Positions 28,341-38,211 are shown, counted from the first letter of the stretch. The stretch: DNA of 64,000 nt from an uncultured Chloracidobacterium sp. (GCA_937941715.1 CALDGX010000049.1:9949-73948), one strand, 5' to 3'. Translations and numbers: made by a program. The notes: generated by a model from the sequence alone, not told the origin.

Positions 28341-29270
28341 ATGAAAAGTAAGTTCATTCGATCAGCGGCGGGTTTGTCGCTCGCATTTATCATTATCGTT
28401 ATCGGCAAATACGTCATCGTCGCACAATCGGTGATCAGCGGTGAATGGAAGGCCGATGCTCGTTCAACCAAGAGCCAAAGCGCCGATGACGCCCGAAAGC
28501 TGAAAATCTCGTTTTGGATCAAGACAGACGAGGGCCGCAACCAGAATGGCCGTTCATTCAGCTATGACGAACTACAGGGCTTGCAGCGTGAGCAGACCGA
28601 GGGCGGCAAGGTCAGCTTCAGGCTTACGCGTGAAGCCGGAACATTCGACTGCGAAGGATCATTCACGGACGGCAAGGGTTCCGGTACATTCCGATTCACG
28701 CCCGCGGCGGGTTATCTTGAAGCAATGCGGTCGCGTGGTTTCGATTTCGAAAAATTCAATTCGAAGGGCAACGGTACGGTCGAAGACCGCATTTTCGCGG
28801 CAGCGATCATCGATGTCACTACGAGGCTTGCCGACGACCTGTTGTCAGCGAATTTTGGCAAACTCGACGTTGATGACCTGTTCAAGGCGGCCATCTTCAA
28901 GATCGATTCGCAGTTCATGTCTGAAATGAAGGCCACCGGTTTTCCAACTCTCACGATGGAGGATCTCGTCAAGGCACGCATCTTTAAGATCGACGCCGAT
29001 TATGTTCGCCAGGTCAACGAAATGGGGCTGGCCGAAAAGGACTTTGAGAGTTTGGTCAAATTCCGGATCTTTAAGGTCACGCCCGAATTCCTGGCCGAGC
29101 TAAAAGCCGAGGGATTTACGGGCCTTTCATCCGAGGAGATCGTTAAGTTCCGGATCTTCAACATCGATGCGGACTTCATCAAAAAGGCAAAGGCCGAAAA
29201 TCCGAATGTGACCGTTGAGGATATGGTCAAAATGAGGATCGGCGTTCATCGCACCAAGATCACGGACTAA
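28341..29270 (+). CDS. Membrane-anchored or secreted protein resembling the C-terminal repeat module of acidobacterial BlaR1/M56 proteins (stand-alone)
   Basis: ATG 28341 lies after a GGAGG site and downstream of the terminator, and the track start at 28227 (GTG) runs through that terminator. It has an N-terminal hydrophobic anchor and the segment GKVSFRLTREAGTFDCEGSFTDGKGSGTFRF. It also has four to five about 30-aa repeats of the form [DE]LVK.RIFKI[DT].[DE][FY]. Confidence 0.6.
   Translation: MKSKFIRSAAGLSLAFIIIVIGKYVIVAQSVISGEWKADARSTKSQSADDARKLKISFWIKTDEGRNQNGRSFSYDELQGLQREQTEGGKVSFRLTREAGTFDCEGSFTDGKGSGTFRFTPAAGYLEAMRSRGFDFEKFNSKGNGTVEDRIFAAAIIDVTTRLADDLLSANFGKLDVDDLFKAAIFKIDSQFMSEMKATGFPTLTMEDLVKARIFKIDADYVRQVNEMGLAEKDFESLVKFRIFKVTPEFLAELKAEGFTGLSSEEIVKFRIFNIDADFIKKAKAENPNVTVEDMVKMRIGVHRTKITD
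28872..29252 (+). repeat. About 30-aa (about 90-nt) tandem protein repeats, 4.3 copies
   Basis: The copies are DLFKAAIFKIDSQFMSEMKATGF, DLVKARIFKIDADYVRQVNEMGL, SLVKFRIFKVTPEFLAELKAEGF, EIVKFRIFNIDADFIKKAKAE and DMVKMRIGV. Confidence 0.8.
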
Positions 29271-29299
29271 CCAAAAATTCGATTTTTCGCTCATCTACA

Positions 29300-29327
29300 G
29301 GAGAAGCCGCGCGGCTTCTCCTTTTTT
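29300..29327 (+). terminator. Rho-independent terminator (abuts the stop of the convergent DUF480 gene)
   Basis: A 9-bp stem (ggagaagcc / ggcttctcc) with a gcgc tetraloop is followed by tttttt. Confidence 0.8.
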
Positions 29328-29982
29328 ATTCGAACTGCCTTCGAAACTCTTCAAACGTCTGTTGAATGGCCTCGACCTCGGCTCGCAGTGCGGCGACCTC
29401 TTCTTCCAGCTTCTCGATTCGTTCGCTCTCAACACCGCCCCGGCTCGATCGCGCCGCGTGAGCGGCGGCGAGAGCCTCAACATCGACATCGCCCGACAGC
29501 AAATGCGCAAAGCGTGCTTCTTTTTGTCCGGGCTGTACCGGCAGCTTTGCGACCAGCGGGTCGTCGCGGCGTGCGAGCCTGTCAAGCGTCTCCTGTATCT
29601 CTCCAAGGCCCGCGAAATTGAACAGGCGCTCGGTCCGCGTCCTAAGCTCGCCGAGCGTTTGCGGCCCACGCAGCAGCATCACACATATGACCGCCAGTTC
29701 ATCAGGCTCGAGCTCGTAGATACTCGGCAGCATATGCTTATATTTCGGTACACGGCTGGTACTGCCGTAATAGACGTACACGATATTGCGGTCGCGTAGT
29801 CTCTCCAAAACAGCGGTAACGGTCGATTCATCATAGTTGACGACCGGGTCGCGGTTGCTCTTTTGGTTGCAGGCATTGACCAGTGCATTCAGCGTTAGCG
29901 GATAATATTCCGGAGTGGTCAGCTGCTTTTCTACCAGCGAGCCGACGATGCGGGCTTCGGTTTCATTGAGTATTTCGGGCAT
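29326..29982 (-). CDS. yceH: YceH-family (DUF480) winged-helix protein
   Basis: The N-terminus ETEARIVGSLVEKQLTTPEYYPLTLNALVNACNQKSNRDPV is the hallmark of DUF480. Confidence 0.85.
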   Translation of the reverse strand: MPEILNETEARIVGSLVEKQLTTPEYYPLTLNALVNACNQKSNRDPVVNYDESTVTAVLERLRDRNIVYVYYGSTSRVPKYKHMLPSIYELEPDELAVICVMLLRGPQTLGELRTRTERLFNFAGLGEIQETLDRLARRDDPLVAKLPVQPGQKEARFAHLLSGDVDVEALAAAHAARSSRGGVESERIEKLEEEVAALRAEVEAIQQTFEEFRRQFE

Positions 29983-30023
29983 ATCGATCGATTTGTTACT
30001 ACGGCTTATACGAAGTTTAAGTT

Positions 30024-30617
30024 TTGTATTTTACAATTTACCCTGTGAATGTTCTTGTTGCACGGACAGAAATTGAGATCGACGCTTCGTACGAACGGCT
30101 GGCCTCGGCAGCCTACCTTGGATGCGACACCGAAACGTCCGGCTTGAGCGCCCGCCATGGGCGGCTTTTTTCCGTGCAGTTTTCGGACGGCGAGTACAAT
30201 GTCCTTGTCCCGGTCAGCGAGGGTGTCCAACTCGGGAAACTGAGGTGGATCCTTGAACAGAGGTCGATCGTCAAGATCTTTCACAATGCTAAATTCGACC
30301 TCGAGTTTCTCGCCGAGAACGGCTACCGCGTTGAAAGTGTTTTTGACACGATGATCGCCGAAAAGATACTCACCCGTGGGGCCAACCAATCGGCGGCGCT
30401 GGCCGAGACGTTATATCGATATTTCGCCGTCGATCTCGACAAATCGCAGCGTGCCAAGTTTAACCGCAAATGGGACGGCGTATGGACCGATGAACTGGTC
30501 GATTACGCTCTCTCGGACGTCATCCATCTGCCTCGCCTGATGAGTGAACAGGTAAAGTGGCTCGAAAAGCTGGGGCTTACGGATCTGTACCGGGCAAAAG
30601 CAGGGGAATTGATGTGA
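30024..30617 (+). CDS. 3'-5' exonuclease (DEDDy, RNase D / Pol I proofreading-like domain)
   Basis: Motifs are LGCDTETSGL, FHNAKFDLEFL and YALSDVIHL. The start is TTG 30024 or GTG 30045. Confidence 0.75.
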   Translation: MYFTIYPVNVLVARTEIEIDASYERLASAAYLGCDTETSGLSARHGRLFSVQFSDGEYNVLVPVSEGVQLGKLRWILEQRSIVKIFHNAKFDLEFLAENGYRVESVFDTMIAEKILTRGANQSAALAETLYRYFAVDLDKSQRAKFNRKWDGVWTDELVDYALSDVIHLPRLMSEQVKWLEKLGLTDLYRAKAGELM

Positions 30618-30677
30618 TTTCTGAACTATTTGGCCAGCCTGCGCGTCAAAAATGGTCGACGGCTGAAACCATCTGAT

Positions 30678-31907
30678 ATGAGACCCCTTATCTTCCTGCT
30701 GTTATGTTTGGCGCCATTTTCGATCACTGCTTTGGGACAAAGGCAGAGCATCTTCGTGACGCCGCAGACAACCGACCCCGAGATCACGACAAATCTCAAC
30801 AACCATTACATATCGTTCAATGGCAGTGTCCCGAGCAAGGGCCAGCTATTCGTATTTCTTCCCGGAACCGGCGGAGTAGCGTTCAACTATCAGGAGCTCA
30901 ATAATACGGCTGCGGATCTGGGCTTTCACGCGGTGAACCTGACGTATCCGAATGACGATGCCGTCAACACGCTATGCGGCGGAACAAACAGCGATCTCGA
31001 TTGCTACGGCAATATACGAATGGAGACGGTCGACGGCACCAACCGCAGTCCGCTTGTCAATGTAAACCGTGCGAACTCGATCGAAAATCGTTTGATCAAG
31101 CTGCTTATCTATCTGCGAAATACATTTCCGGCTCTCGGCTGGGGGCAATACCTGACAGCGGATTCGCAATTGATCTGGTCCAAGGTGGTGATCGCCGGAC
31201 ACTCGCAAGGTGGCGGCCACGCGGGGATCATCGGCCGATATCACGGTGTTTCGCGGGTTTTGATGTTCGCGGCGATGGACTTTAACGCTCTGGCAAATGC
31301 TCCTGCAAACTGGATCGCGGTCCCCGGCTCGACGCCCAACGCCACGGGCCCTACCCGTTACTGGGGATTTGGCCATCAGCAGGACGAAATGGTGAATTTC
31401 ACCTTGTTGTCAACGCGGATCTGGCCGGCGTATGGAATGCCGCAATTTGGCGGTATCCAAAATGTTGATAGTGCCCTTCCGCCGTACGCTAACTCGCATT
31501 CACTGACGAGCAGCCGTATTTGTGACAATTATCATGGCTGTATTGCCGCAGACATCAGGCTCGTTTTGGAAAATGGAATACCGGTGTATAAGCCAGTGTG
31601 GGAATACATGTTGTCGCAGACGATTCCGCCGTCAGCGATCGGGAATATTACGTTCGAACGTTTGGGTAGCGGCACAGTTCGACCAAGGGTCGGTATTTCA
31701 ACCAAAGGTTACAGATTAGTACTTGCGGGCAGTGGGTTTGCTCAGCAATCTGCGGTCTACATCAATGGAACTCGTATGCCGTCCGAGTTCATTAACGCCA
31801 ACACCATCAAGGCCTCGCTGCCGGCAGGAAGGTTTGGCGGATTTGGCGGAACCAAAGTCGAGATCCGCGACGCGGACGGAACCAGGTCGAACAGCGTAGC
31901 CTACTGA
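30678..31907 (+). CDS. Secreted alpha/beta-hydrolase-like protein with C-terminal IPT/TIG-like domain
   Basis: The signal peptide starts at ATG 30678. It contains VIAGHSQGG (a GxSxG nucleophile elbow) and a C-terminal beta-sandwich segment (LVLAGSGFAQQSAVYINGTRMPSEFINANTIKASLP). Confidence 0.6.
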   Translation: MRPLIFLLLCLAPFSITALGQRQSIFVTPQTTDPEITTNLNNHYISFNGSVPSKGQLFVFLPGTGGVAFNYQELNNTAADLGFHAVNLTYPNDDAVNTLCGGTNSDLDCYGNIRMETVDGTNRSPLVNVNRANSIENRLIKLLIYLRNTFPALGWGQYLTADSQLIWSKVVIAGHSQGGGHAGIIGRYHGVSRVLMFAAMDFNALANAPANWIAVPGSTPNATGPTRYWGFGHQQDEMVNFTLLSTRIWPAYGMPQFGGIQNVDSALPPYANSHSLTSSRICDNYHGCIAADIRLVLENGIPVYKPVWEYMLSQTIPPSAIGNITFERLGSGTVRPRVGISTKGYRLVLAGSGFAQQSAVYINGTRMPSEFINANTIKASLPAGRFGGFGGTKVEIRDADGTRSNSVAY

Positions 31908-31912
31908 CAAAT

Positions 31913-32380
31913 CTACCAACGATGATAGGCCGGATGGCCTTCCTTCACGGCAACGAAAGTTCCGCGGCACGTCGCGCAGGTCTTGTCGTTTGCGATCAGT
32001 TCGGCCTCGACGGTCGCTCGATCTTCCTTTGTTTCAACAACACGAGCTCGCAGGTGGATCAGTGCGTCGCTCGGCGTCGGGCGAAAGAGCTTGACGTGAA
32101 AATCGGCCGTGACCGTACAGTCGGGCTCGGTCTTGCCGTCACGTTTCATCATAAAATAGGTCGCGGTCCAGTTCGAGTGGCAATCGAGCAATGCACCGAT
32201 TATTCCGCCGTTGAGCATGCCGGGAAACGCCTGATGATGCGGTTCGGCTCGCCACTCGGCGACGACCTCATCGCCCTCGGGAAAACTGTTTATATGCAGC
32301 CCTTTCTCATTGGCCGGCCCGCAGCCGAAGCATATGCTTTCGGGCGAGTACTTCTCTTGCAAAGATAGTTGATTGCTCAT
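31913..32380 (-). CDS. PaaI-family hotdog-fold thioesterase
   Basis: It contains CFGCGPANEKGLHI and GMLNGGIIGALLD. Its length is 155 aa. Confidence 0.75.
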   Translation of the reverse strand: MSNQLSLQEKYSPESICFGCGPANEKGLHINSFPEGDEVVAEWRAEPHHQAFPGMLNGGIIGALLDCHSNWTATYFMMKRDGKTEPDCTVTADFHVKLFRPTPSDALIHLRARVVETKEDRATVEAELIANDKTCATCRGTFVAVKEGHPAYHRW

Positions 32381-32418
32381 AGTATATTCCCCAAGACTAG
32401 CACAAACTCATACACAAT

Positions 32419-33768
32419 ATGGAGCAAACAACCGTCACCCGACAGCGCACGCTGCTCGATATGAACGGCTACCAGTGGACCGTGCTCTTTGCGGCATGGC
32501 TCGGCTGGGGTTTTGACATCTTCGACAGTATTTTGATGAATTACGTCGCACCGAACGCGGTGCCGACGCTTCTGGGGATACCGCTCGGCACACCGGAGGC
32601 GCAGAGTGCGACCCTTTGGTGGACGGGCATCTTCACGTCGGTACTGCTTGTCGGGTGGGCAGTCGGCGGCATCATTTTCGGTAAGATCGCGGATCGGATC
32701 GGGCGGACCAGAACCCTGCTTTTGACGATGCTTTTGTACTCGGTCGGCACCGCAGCTTGTGCTTTTGCCCCTAATATCTGGGTCTTGCTGTTGTTTCGGA
32801 TAATCGCGAGTCTTGGGATCGGCGGCGAGTGGGCCGCCGGTGCGGCCATGGTCGCCGAGGTCGTGCCCGAAAAGCGCCGCGTCGAAGCGGGAGCTCTGCT
32901 CTACACAGCGGCCCCATTCGGATTATTTCTCGCCACCTTCGTTACGTTTCAAATTACCGGAGTCTATTTTACCGATGCGGCGGTATCTTGGCGCTACGTC
33001 TTTCTCTTCGGACTCGTTCCGGCGGCGGTCGCATTCTTCGTGCGTCTTTTTGTCAAAGAGCCCGAACGCTGGAAAAAGGTCGGCAGCGAGCATCGTGCAA
33101 AGATCTCTGAACTCTTTTCGCCAAAGTATCGTGCGTTGACCATCAGCGGATTTTGCATGGCCGTCACGGCTCTGATCACCTGGTGGAGCGGTAACGCCTT
33201 CATTCCGATCGTCGCAAAGGGCTTGGCATCGCGGGAATGGACCGAACTAACCAATGCAGGCGTCGCCGGCCTGCCGACGATGGAGATAATGGGCCAGCAA
33301 TGGGTCAAGACGGCGACCAACGCTTTTAATCTTGGCGGCCTGATCGGCACGCTTCTGACCATTCCGATCGCCAAAAACTTTGGCCGCAAGTCGATGTTCC
33401 TCGTATTCTATTTGGTTGCCGCAGTGTCGATTATGGCGGCGTTCGGCCTCGATCTGGCACCGCACACACGACTCTACTTTTACTTCCCGATCGGCGTTTC
33501 GGTGTTTGGTATCTTTGGTAGTTTTACATTCTATTTACCTGAGCTTTTCCCGACTCGTCTGCGGGCGACCGGCTCGGGGTTTACCTACAATATCGGGCGC
33601 TTCATAGCAGCGTTTGGTCCGTTTCTGGTCGGCAGTATCGCCGCAAGCGGAGCGAATGCGTTGGATAGTGCTATCACGGTGTTATTTTGGGTCGGTGTGA
33701 TACCACTGATAGGCCTCGCCACACTGCCGCTGGTAATTGAAACGAGAGGACGGCCGCTCGAAGATTAA
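32419..33768 (+). CDS. MFS transporter
   Basis: It has about 12 hydrophobic segments and the MFS motif A, GKIADRIGRTRTLL. Confidence 0.85.
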   Translation: MEQTTVTRQRTLLDMNGYQWTVLFAAWLGWGFDIFDSILMNYVAPNAVPTLLGIPLGTPEAQSATLWWTGIFTSVLLVGWAVGGIIFGKIADRIGRTRTLLLTMLLYSVGTAACAFAPNIWVLLLFRIIASLGIGGEWAAGAAMVAEVVPEKRRVEAGALLYTAAPFGLFLATFVTFQITGVYFTDAAVSWRYVFLFGLVPAAVAFFVRLFVKEPERWKKVGSEHRAKISELFSPKYRALTISGFCMAVTALITWWSGNAFIPIVAKGLASREWTELTNAGVAGLPTMEIMGQQWVKTATNAFNLGGLIGTLLTIPIAKNFGRKSMFLVFYLVAAVSIMAAFGLDLAPHTRLYFYFPIGVSVFGIFGSFTFYLPELFPTRLRATGSGFTYNIGRFIAAFGPFLVGSIAASGANALDSAITVLFWVGVIPLIGLATLPLVIETRGRPLED

Positions 33769-33785
33769 GATCCGGAGAAAATATA

Positions 33786-34160
33786 ATGAAGATCCTTGGT
33801 GTCGGTTCAATGTTCACACTCGCTTTCATCGGCGGTATTTTGTTTATGGTATCGGTCGGATGCGGTGGTTCGGATGCGGGATGCGTCGGTTCCGTGACAT
33901 TTCAAGGCAAGGCCTTTGAAGGGAAGGGCAAGTCGGCTGACGAGGCAAAGAAAAATGCCTGTAATGTCTATTGCCGTGAGGCCGATCCCGAGTTTGAGGC
34001 CCGATATCGGATATGGCTCGATTCGCCGAAGGGCAAAGCCGCCGGTTCACCGTCCAAACAAGAATCGATATTCAAGGACAAGGAACTTTTGCTGTATGTG
34101 ACTGAAACCTGTGCCGGGAAATGTGCCGCGTCGATGGACCCGTCTGCATCCTGCAAATAG
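33786..34160 (+). CDS. Cys-rich putative lipoprotein (124 aa)
   Basis: It has a hydrophobic leader ending in a VSVGC lipobox-like motif and eight Cys residues. I recognise no family. Confidence 0.5.
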   Translation: MKILGVGSMFTLAFIGGILFMVSVGCGGSDAGCVGSVTFQGKAFEGKGKSADEAKKNACNVYCREADPEFEARYRIWLDSPKGKAAGSPSKQESIFKDKELLLYVTETCAGKCAASMDPSASCK

Positions 34161-34162
34161 GT

Positions 34163-34624
34163 TCATTCGCCGCTTTTGACCGGAACTTTGTCAAGAATAC
34201 GAGTCGTATGGTCGGTAACGCTCATAACCGGTTCACGAAATTCTTCGAGTTGGGCAGTTGTTCGCGGAGTCAGTTGCGGCGGCGAGGTGTACTCGCCGTG
34301 GCGATTCATATTGTTTAGCTTCGCGTCTATTAGTTTGGGCACTTGCCGCACCAATGTGATGCCTAAGGCCAGCAGCGTTCCCAGATAGGCCATTACGATC
34401 ATGACGACGAGTTCGGTCTTGACCTCGTTGCCCAGGAGCACCGCGACCAACCCGACCAATATCCCAAAGCCAAACATTACTAGCAAAAACAGCGTCGTCA
34501 GCACGTTGTCAAGCATCTTGCCGGGCGTCCCGTCCTTATCCAGGTCGCCGGCCAAACGCTTTCCGCAGCCGTTGCAGTAGTTCAAGTCGTTGGGAACCGA
34601 GTTGCCACAGTTTGAGCAGAACAT
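34163..34624 (-). CDS. Zinc-ribbon membrane protein
   Basis: The N-terminus is MFCSNCGNSVPNDLNYCNGCGKRL (two CxxC pairs) and two TM helices follow. Confidence 0.6.
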   Translation of the reverse strand: MFCSNCGNSVPNDLNYCNGCGKRLAGDLDKDGTPGKMLDNVLTTLFLLVMFGFGILVGLVAVLLGNEVKTELVVMIVMAYLGTLLALGITLVRQVPKLIDAKLNNMNRHGEYTSPPQLTPRTTAQLEEFREPVMSVTDHTTRILDKVPVKSGE

Positions 34625-34636
34625 ATCGCGGGGATC

Positions 34637-35275
34637 CTATTTCTTGTAGTTGATCTTTTCCTCGAGCCAGTTCGTCAGAGTCTCGACCGACTCGATATGG
34701 ATCGGCTTGCCCTGAAATGCCTTTATCGCGAAGATGATCAGCATTATCGTCGTAACAAGTGTGAAGATGAACGCTCCAATATCCGCAATATCGGTCGCGC
34801 CCTTCACAATGCCGAGAATCGACGTCACGATCAGGATGCCGATATGTGCAGCCAGGCCCTGGGCCGCGTGAAAACGGACCTTTGCCTCGCTTTTGGGCAC
34901 AAAAAGCAATTCCAAGATCCCCGCGACCAAGCCGATCGAAAACGGAAGGTACGGCAGAGCCACCAGGATATTCTCGGGCAGTCCGACCTTGTCGACCTTT
35001 CGGGTGCGCGATCGATCCGGTGCTATCGGGGTCGCGGACGTATACGGCGTCGGTACGAATTGGCCGTTGTACGGCGGCGAATACGGCGCCGAATACGCAC
35101 GAACATCGGGCTCGGCAAATCGACGCGTTTGCTCCTCGGTCGGCGCAGCATACGGCAGGGCGTTGGTCTCGGCACCAGTGTAAGGCAACGCCTGAGTGTG
35201 CGTTGTTTCGTCCGGAGACTTTACCTTTTCCGGAAATTCCGGATCGAGCGGATTTGTATCGTACTTTGTCGCCAT
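34637..35275 (-). CDS. DUF4870-like membrane protein with Pro/Tyr-rich N-terminal region
   Basis: The N-terminal half is P/Y-rich and low complexity. The C-terminus has three or four TM helices (LPYLPFSIGLVAGILELLFVPK...). Confidence 0.55.
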   Translation of the reverse strand: MATKYDTNPLDPEFPEKVKSPDETTHTQALPYTGAETNALPYAAPTEEQTRRFAEPDVRAYSAPYSPPYNGQFVPTPYTSATPIAPDRSRTRKVDKVGLPENILVALPYLPFSIGLVAGILELLFVPKSEAKVRFHAAQGLAAHIGILIVTSILGIVKGATDIADIGAFIFTLVTTIMLIIFAIKAFQGKPIHIESVETLTNWLEEKINYKK

Positions 35276-35370
35276 CTCTAAAGTGATTTTACGACCGTCT
35301 TACCGCCAATGTTCCCAAAACAAGATCTTATAGCGAAACACGCGAATACCGCATTTTCGAATTGATCAGC

Positions 35371-37179
35371 CTATTCGGTCCTGATGCCTATCCCCAACTC
35401 GTCCAACTGGGCCGTATCGACCTCACCCGGCGAGTCCATCATCAGATCCTGTGCCGAGGCGGTCTTCGGAAACGCCATAACGTCACGAATGTTCTCCGTC
35501 CCGCAGAGGATCATACAAGTCCGCTCGACGCCGGCCGCGAAACCGCCATGCGGCGGTGTACCGTATTCCAATGCGTCGAGGAAAAATCCAAATCGTTCGC
35601 GGGCCTTTTCGACCGTCAGGCCGAGGGCCTTGAAGTTCAACGCCTGGATATCCTTTTGGTGGATCCGTATCGAACCGCCGGCACATTCATATCCGTTTAT
35701 GACGGCATCGTACGCCTTCGCCCGCACCTCGCCCAATAGGTGATGTTGAGTGTCGTCGTTAACGGCGGTCGTAAATTTTTCAAGGTCCTCATCCATGGGC
35801 GATGTGAACGGGTGATGAGCCGCCGCATAACAATCGGACTCTTCGTCATATTCGAACATCGGGAATTCGGTGACGATGAGCGGCCTGTACGCCGTACGGT
35901 CGATCAGATCCTCGCGTTTGGCCACTTCGACCCGCAGAGCCCCTAGCGAAGCTGCTACCACCGACCTTTTGCCGGCAACGATCAAAACGAGGTCGCCCTT
36001 TTCCGCCTCTGCCGCAGCGGCCAACTCCGCGATCTTTGATTCGCCGAGGACCTTGAGCAACGACGAAGTGATCTCGTCACCCATTTTGATCCATGCGAGG
36101 GCTCCCGCCCCGTAGCGTTTTACAAACTCCTGCAGCTCTTCGAGCTGTTTGCGTGAGTGATCAGCCTTGCCCTTGACCGTGATGCATTTGATCTCGCCCT
36201 TGTTTTCGAGAACCGATGCGAAAGGCGCGAAATCTGTTCCGGTGAGTTCACTGCTCAGATCGACCAATTCCATCTCGAAACGCAGGTCCGGTTTGTCGCT
36301 GCCGTATCTCCGCATCGCCTCGGCATAGGTCATCCGCGGCCATTGAGCCGGCAGTTCGACACCGATCAGCTTGAACACGTGGCCAAACATACCTTCGATC
36401 TCACGATATGCCATTTCCTGATTGGCGAACGACATCTCCATGTCGAGCTGAGTAAATTCCGGCTGACGGTCGGCCCTCAGATCCTCGTCGCGAAAACAGC
36501 GGGCGATCTGGTAATACTTGTCGAAGCCGGAGATCATCGTCAATTGTTTGAGGATCTGCGGGGACTGCGGCAGTGCAAAGAACTTGCCGGTATGGATGCG
36601 CGACGGTACGACAAAATCGCGAGCTCCCTCGGGTGTCGATTTGAGCAGAATGGGCGTCTCGATCTCGATAAACCCTCTCCCGTCAAAGTACTCACGGATC
36701 GCCGCGACTGCCCTCGCCCTCATTCTGATATTGTGCTGCAACTGAGGGCGGCGAAGGTCCAGATAGCGATATTTCAGGCGCGTTGATTCATCGGCCAGAT
36801 TTTCCGAACCGGCGACCTCAAGTTGGAACGGGGGGACCTTTGCATCATTTAGGATCAATATTTCGGACGCGTGCACTTCGATGTCGCCGGTCGCAAGTTT
36901 GGCATTATGCGTTCCCTCCCGCATCACGACCTCACCCTTGACCGCGATGACAAATTCGCCTCTGAGGTTCTTTGCTTTTGAGTGAGCCTCGCCTGCGTCC
37001 TCTTCGTTCATTACGACCTGAGTCACGCCATCGCGATCACGCAGGTCGATAAAGGTCAGAACGCCAAAATCGCGCTTTTTCGCCACCCAACCCATGAGAA
37101 CCACTTTCTTGCCTACGTCGCCCTCGCGCAGTTCGCCGCACGAGTGGGTCCGTTCTAAATTGCCAAGTACATCCAGCAT
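35371..37179 (-). CDS. aspS: Aspartate--tRNA ligase
   Basis: It is 602 aa with an N-terminal OB fold (GWVAKKRDFGVLTFIDLRDRDG) and class II motifs (FRDEDLRADRQPEFTQLDME and GGSIRIH, GGFAAGVER). Confidence 0.95.
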   Translation of the reverse strand: MLDVLGNLERTHSCGELREGDVGKKVVLMGWVAKKRDFGVLTFIDLRDRDGVTQVVMNEEDAGEAHSKAKNLRGEFVIAVKGEVVMREGTHNAKLATGDIEVHASEILILNDAKVPPFQLEVAGSENLADESTRLKYRYLDLRRPQLQHNIRMRARAVAAIREYFDGRGFIEIETPILLKSTPEGARDFVVPSRIHTGKFFALPQSPQILKQLTMISGFDKYYQIARCFRDEDLRADRQPEFTQLDMEMSFANQEMAYREIEGMFGHVFKLIGVELPAQWPRMTYAEAMRRYGSDKPDLRFEMELVDLSSELTGTDFAPFASVLENKGEIKCITVKGKADHSRKQLEELQEFVKRYGAGALAWIKMGDEITSSLLKVLGESKIAELAAAAEAEKGDLVLIVAGKRSVVAASLGALRVEVAKREDLIDRTAYRPLIVTEFPMFEYDEESDCYAAAHHPFTSPMDEDLEKFTTAVNDDTQHHLLGEVRAKAYDAVINGYECAGGSIRIHQKDIQALNFKALGLTVEKARERFGFFLDALEYGTPPHGGFAAGVERTCMILCGTENIRDVMAFPKTASAQDLMMDSPGEVDTAQLDELGIGIRTE

Positions 37180-37273
37180 AATACGATCATTGACCGCAGA
37201 CAGGCTCAGACAAAATGATCACCGTCCGTTACCGATCTGCTCTTCCTCGCTCCCGTCGGAGCATATTCCCCTC

Positions 37274-37317
37274 AAAATAAAAAAAAACGCCTTTCGAATT
37301 GCGACAATCGAAAGGCG
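37274..37317 (-). terminator. Strong rho-independent terminator
   Basis: A 10-bp stem (cgcctttcga / tcgaaaggcg) sits next to a plus-strand A-run (aaaataaaaaaaaa), which gives a long T-tract on the minus strand. Confidence 0.8.
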
Positions 37318-37434
37318 GAGCGTTAACTATCAACACTCTCGCCAGTCAATTATTGTTGTCGACAAATCGAACTGCGCTCATATCGAACTTGGATGATACT
37401 AGATTTACCTGTAAAAGCGCAAATTTTGTGTCGG

Positions 37435-38142
37435 TCAGAAAGTCCAGCTAAGCGTCAGCATATAAACAACGCCGACTACCAACAGCACGCCCCCGGCGAT
37501 AAGCACTTTCCATTTAACGTCGGTCCTGAATACGAGAGCGATACCCATAAAGAACATACTCACGGCAAATAGTACATTTGCCAGCTCAAACTTATCGCCC
37601 GTTTCATTTGCTTCGTTTCCGCTCGCAAACGTCTTTTCAGACTGTGCCGTTAGTTCGGTCGCCTTAGCCAGCATTTCCTTTTGATAGCCATCGTCACCGA
37701 CCAGATCCTTTTCGCTTGCCTTATCGAGTATCTCCGCCTGCAGAGCCTCTTCTTTTTCCTCAGTAGGTGTGTCCGGGTCGTCAACAACCTCCCTTTTTCC
37801 TTCGGGCGGCAGGCCGAGGGCCTTGTAACCGGCATCGCTCAACTGACGTGTATACAGGTACGAGGCAGTTTCAAAATTGCTCTTGGCCATTGCCGGATTG
37901 CCGCCCGAGTTTAGCCCGTCCTGGATCAGCTTGTAGGCTGTGATGTCGATCTGGGCGTCCTTTGACATCTCGACTATCGCCCGTGCTCGTTCGCTGGCGG
38001 CCATCGTGGCTTCGGTGTTGGCTTTTCCGTATGCTTCGGCCTGTTTGCCGTCCCATAATCCCCCTTGAAAACTGGACAACGCAGTGCAGATCGCCGCCAG
38101 TCCCAGCAGGATCGCGGCAAAAAACTCAAACCGGTCAACCAT
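37435..38142 (-). CDS. Hypothetical membrane protein (TM helix at each end, helical acidic middle)
   Basis: It is an ORF with an ATG start. It has an N-terminal TM (FFAAILLGLAAICTALSSF) and two C-terminal TM segments. I recognise no family with confidence. Confidence 0.5.
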   Translation of the reverse strand: MVDRFEFFAAILLGLAAICTALSSFQGGLWDGKQAEAYGKANTEATMAASERARAIVEMSKDAQIDITAYKLIQDGLNSGGNPAMAKSNFETASYLYTRQLSDAGYKALGLPPEGKREVVDDPDTPTEEKEEALQAEILDKASEKDLVGDDGYQKEMLAKATELTAQSEKTFASGNEANETGDKFELANVLFAVSMFFMGIALVFRTDVKWKVLIAGGVLLVVGVVYMLTLSWTF

Positions 38143-38211
38143 TGCTTGCTTTTCTGTTTCTTCGCTAATTCGTCACTCCCCAAAAAATGATTTTTGTTCC
38201 AAACAGGATCT

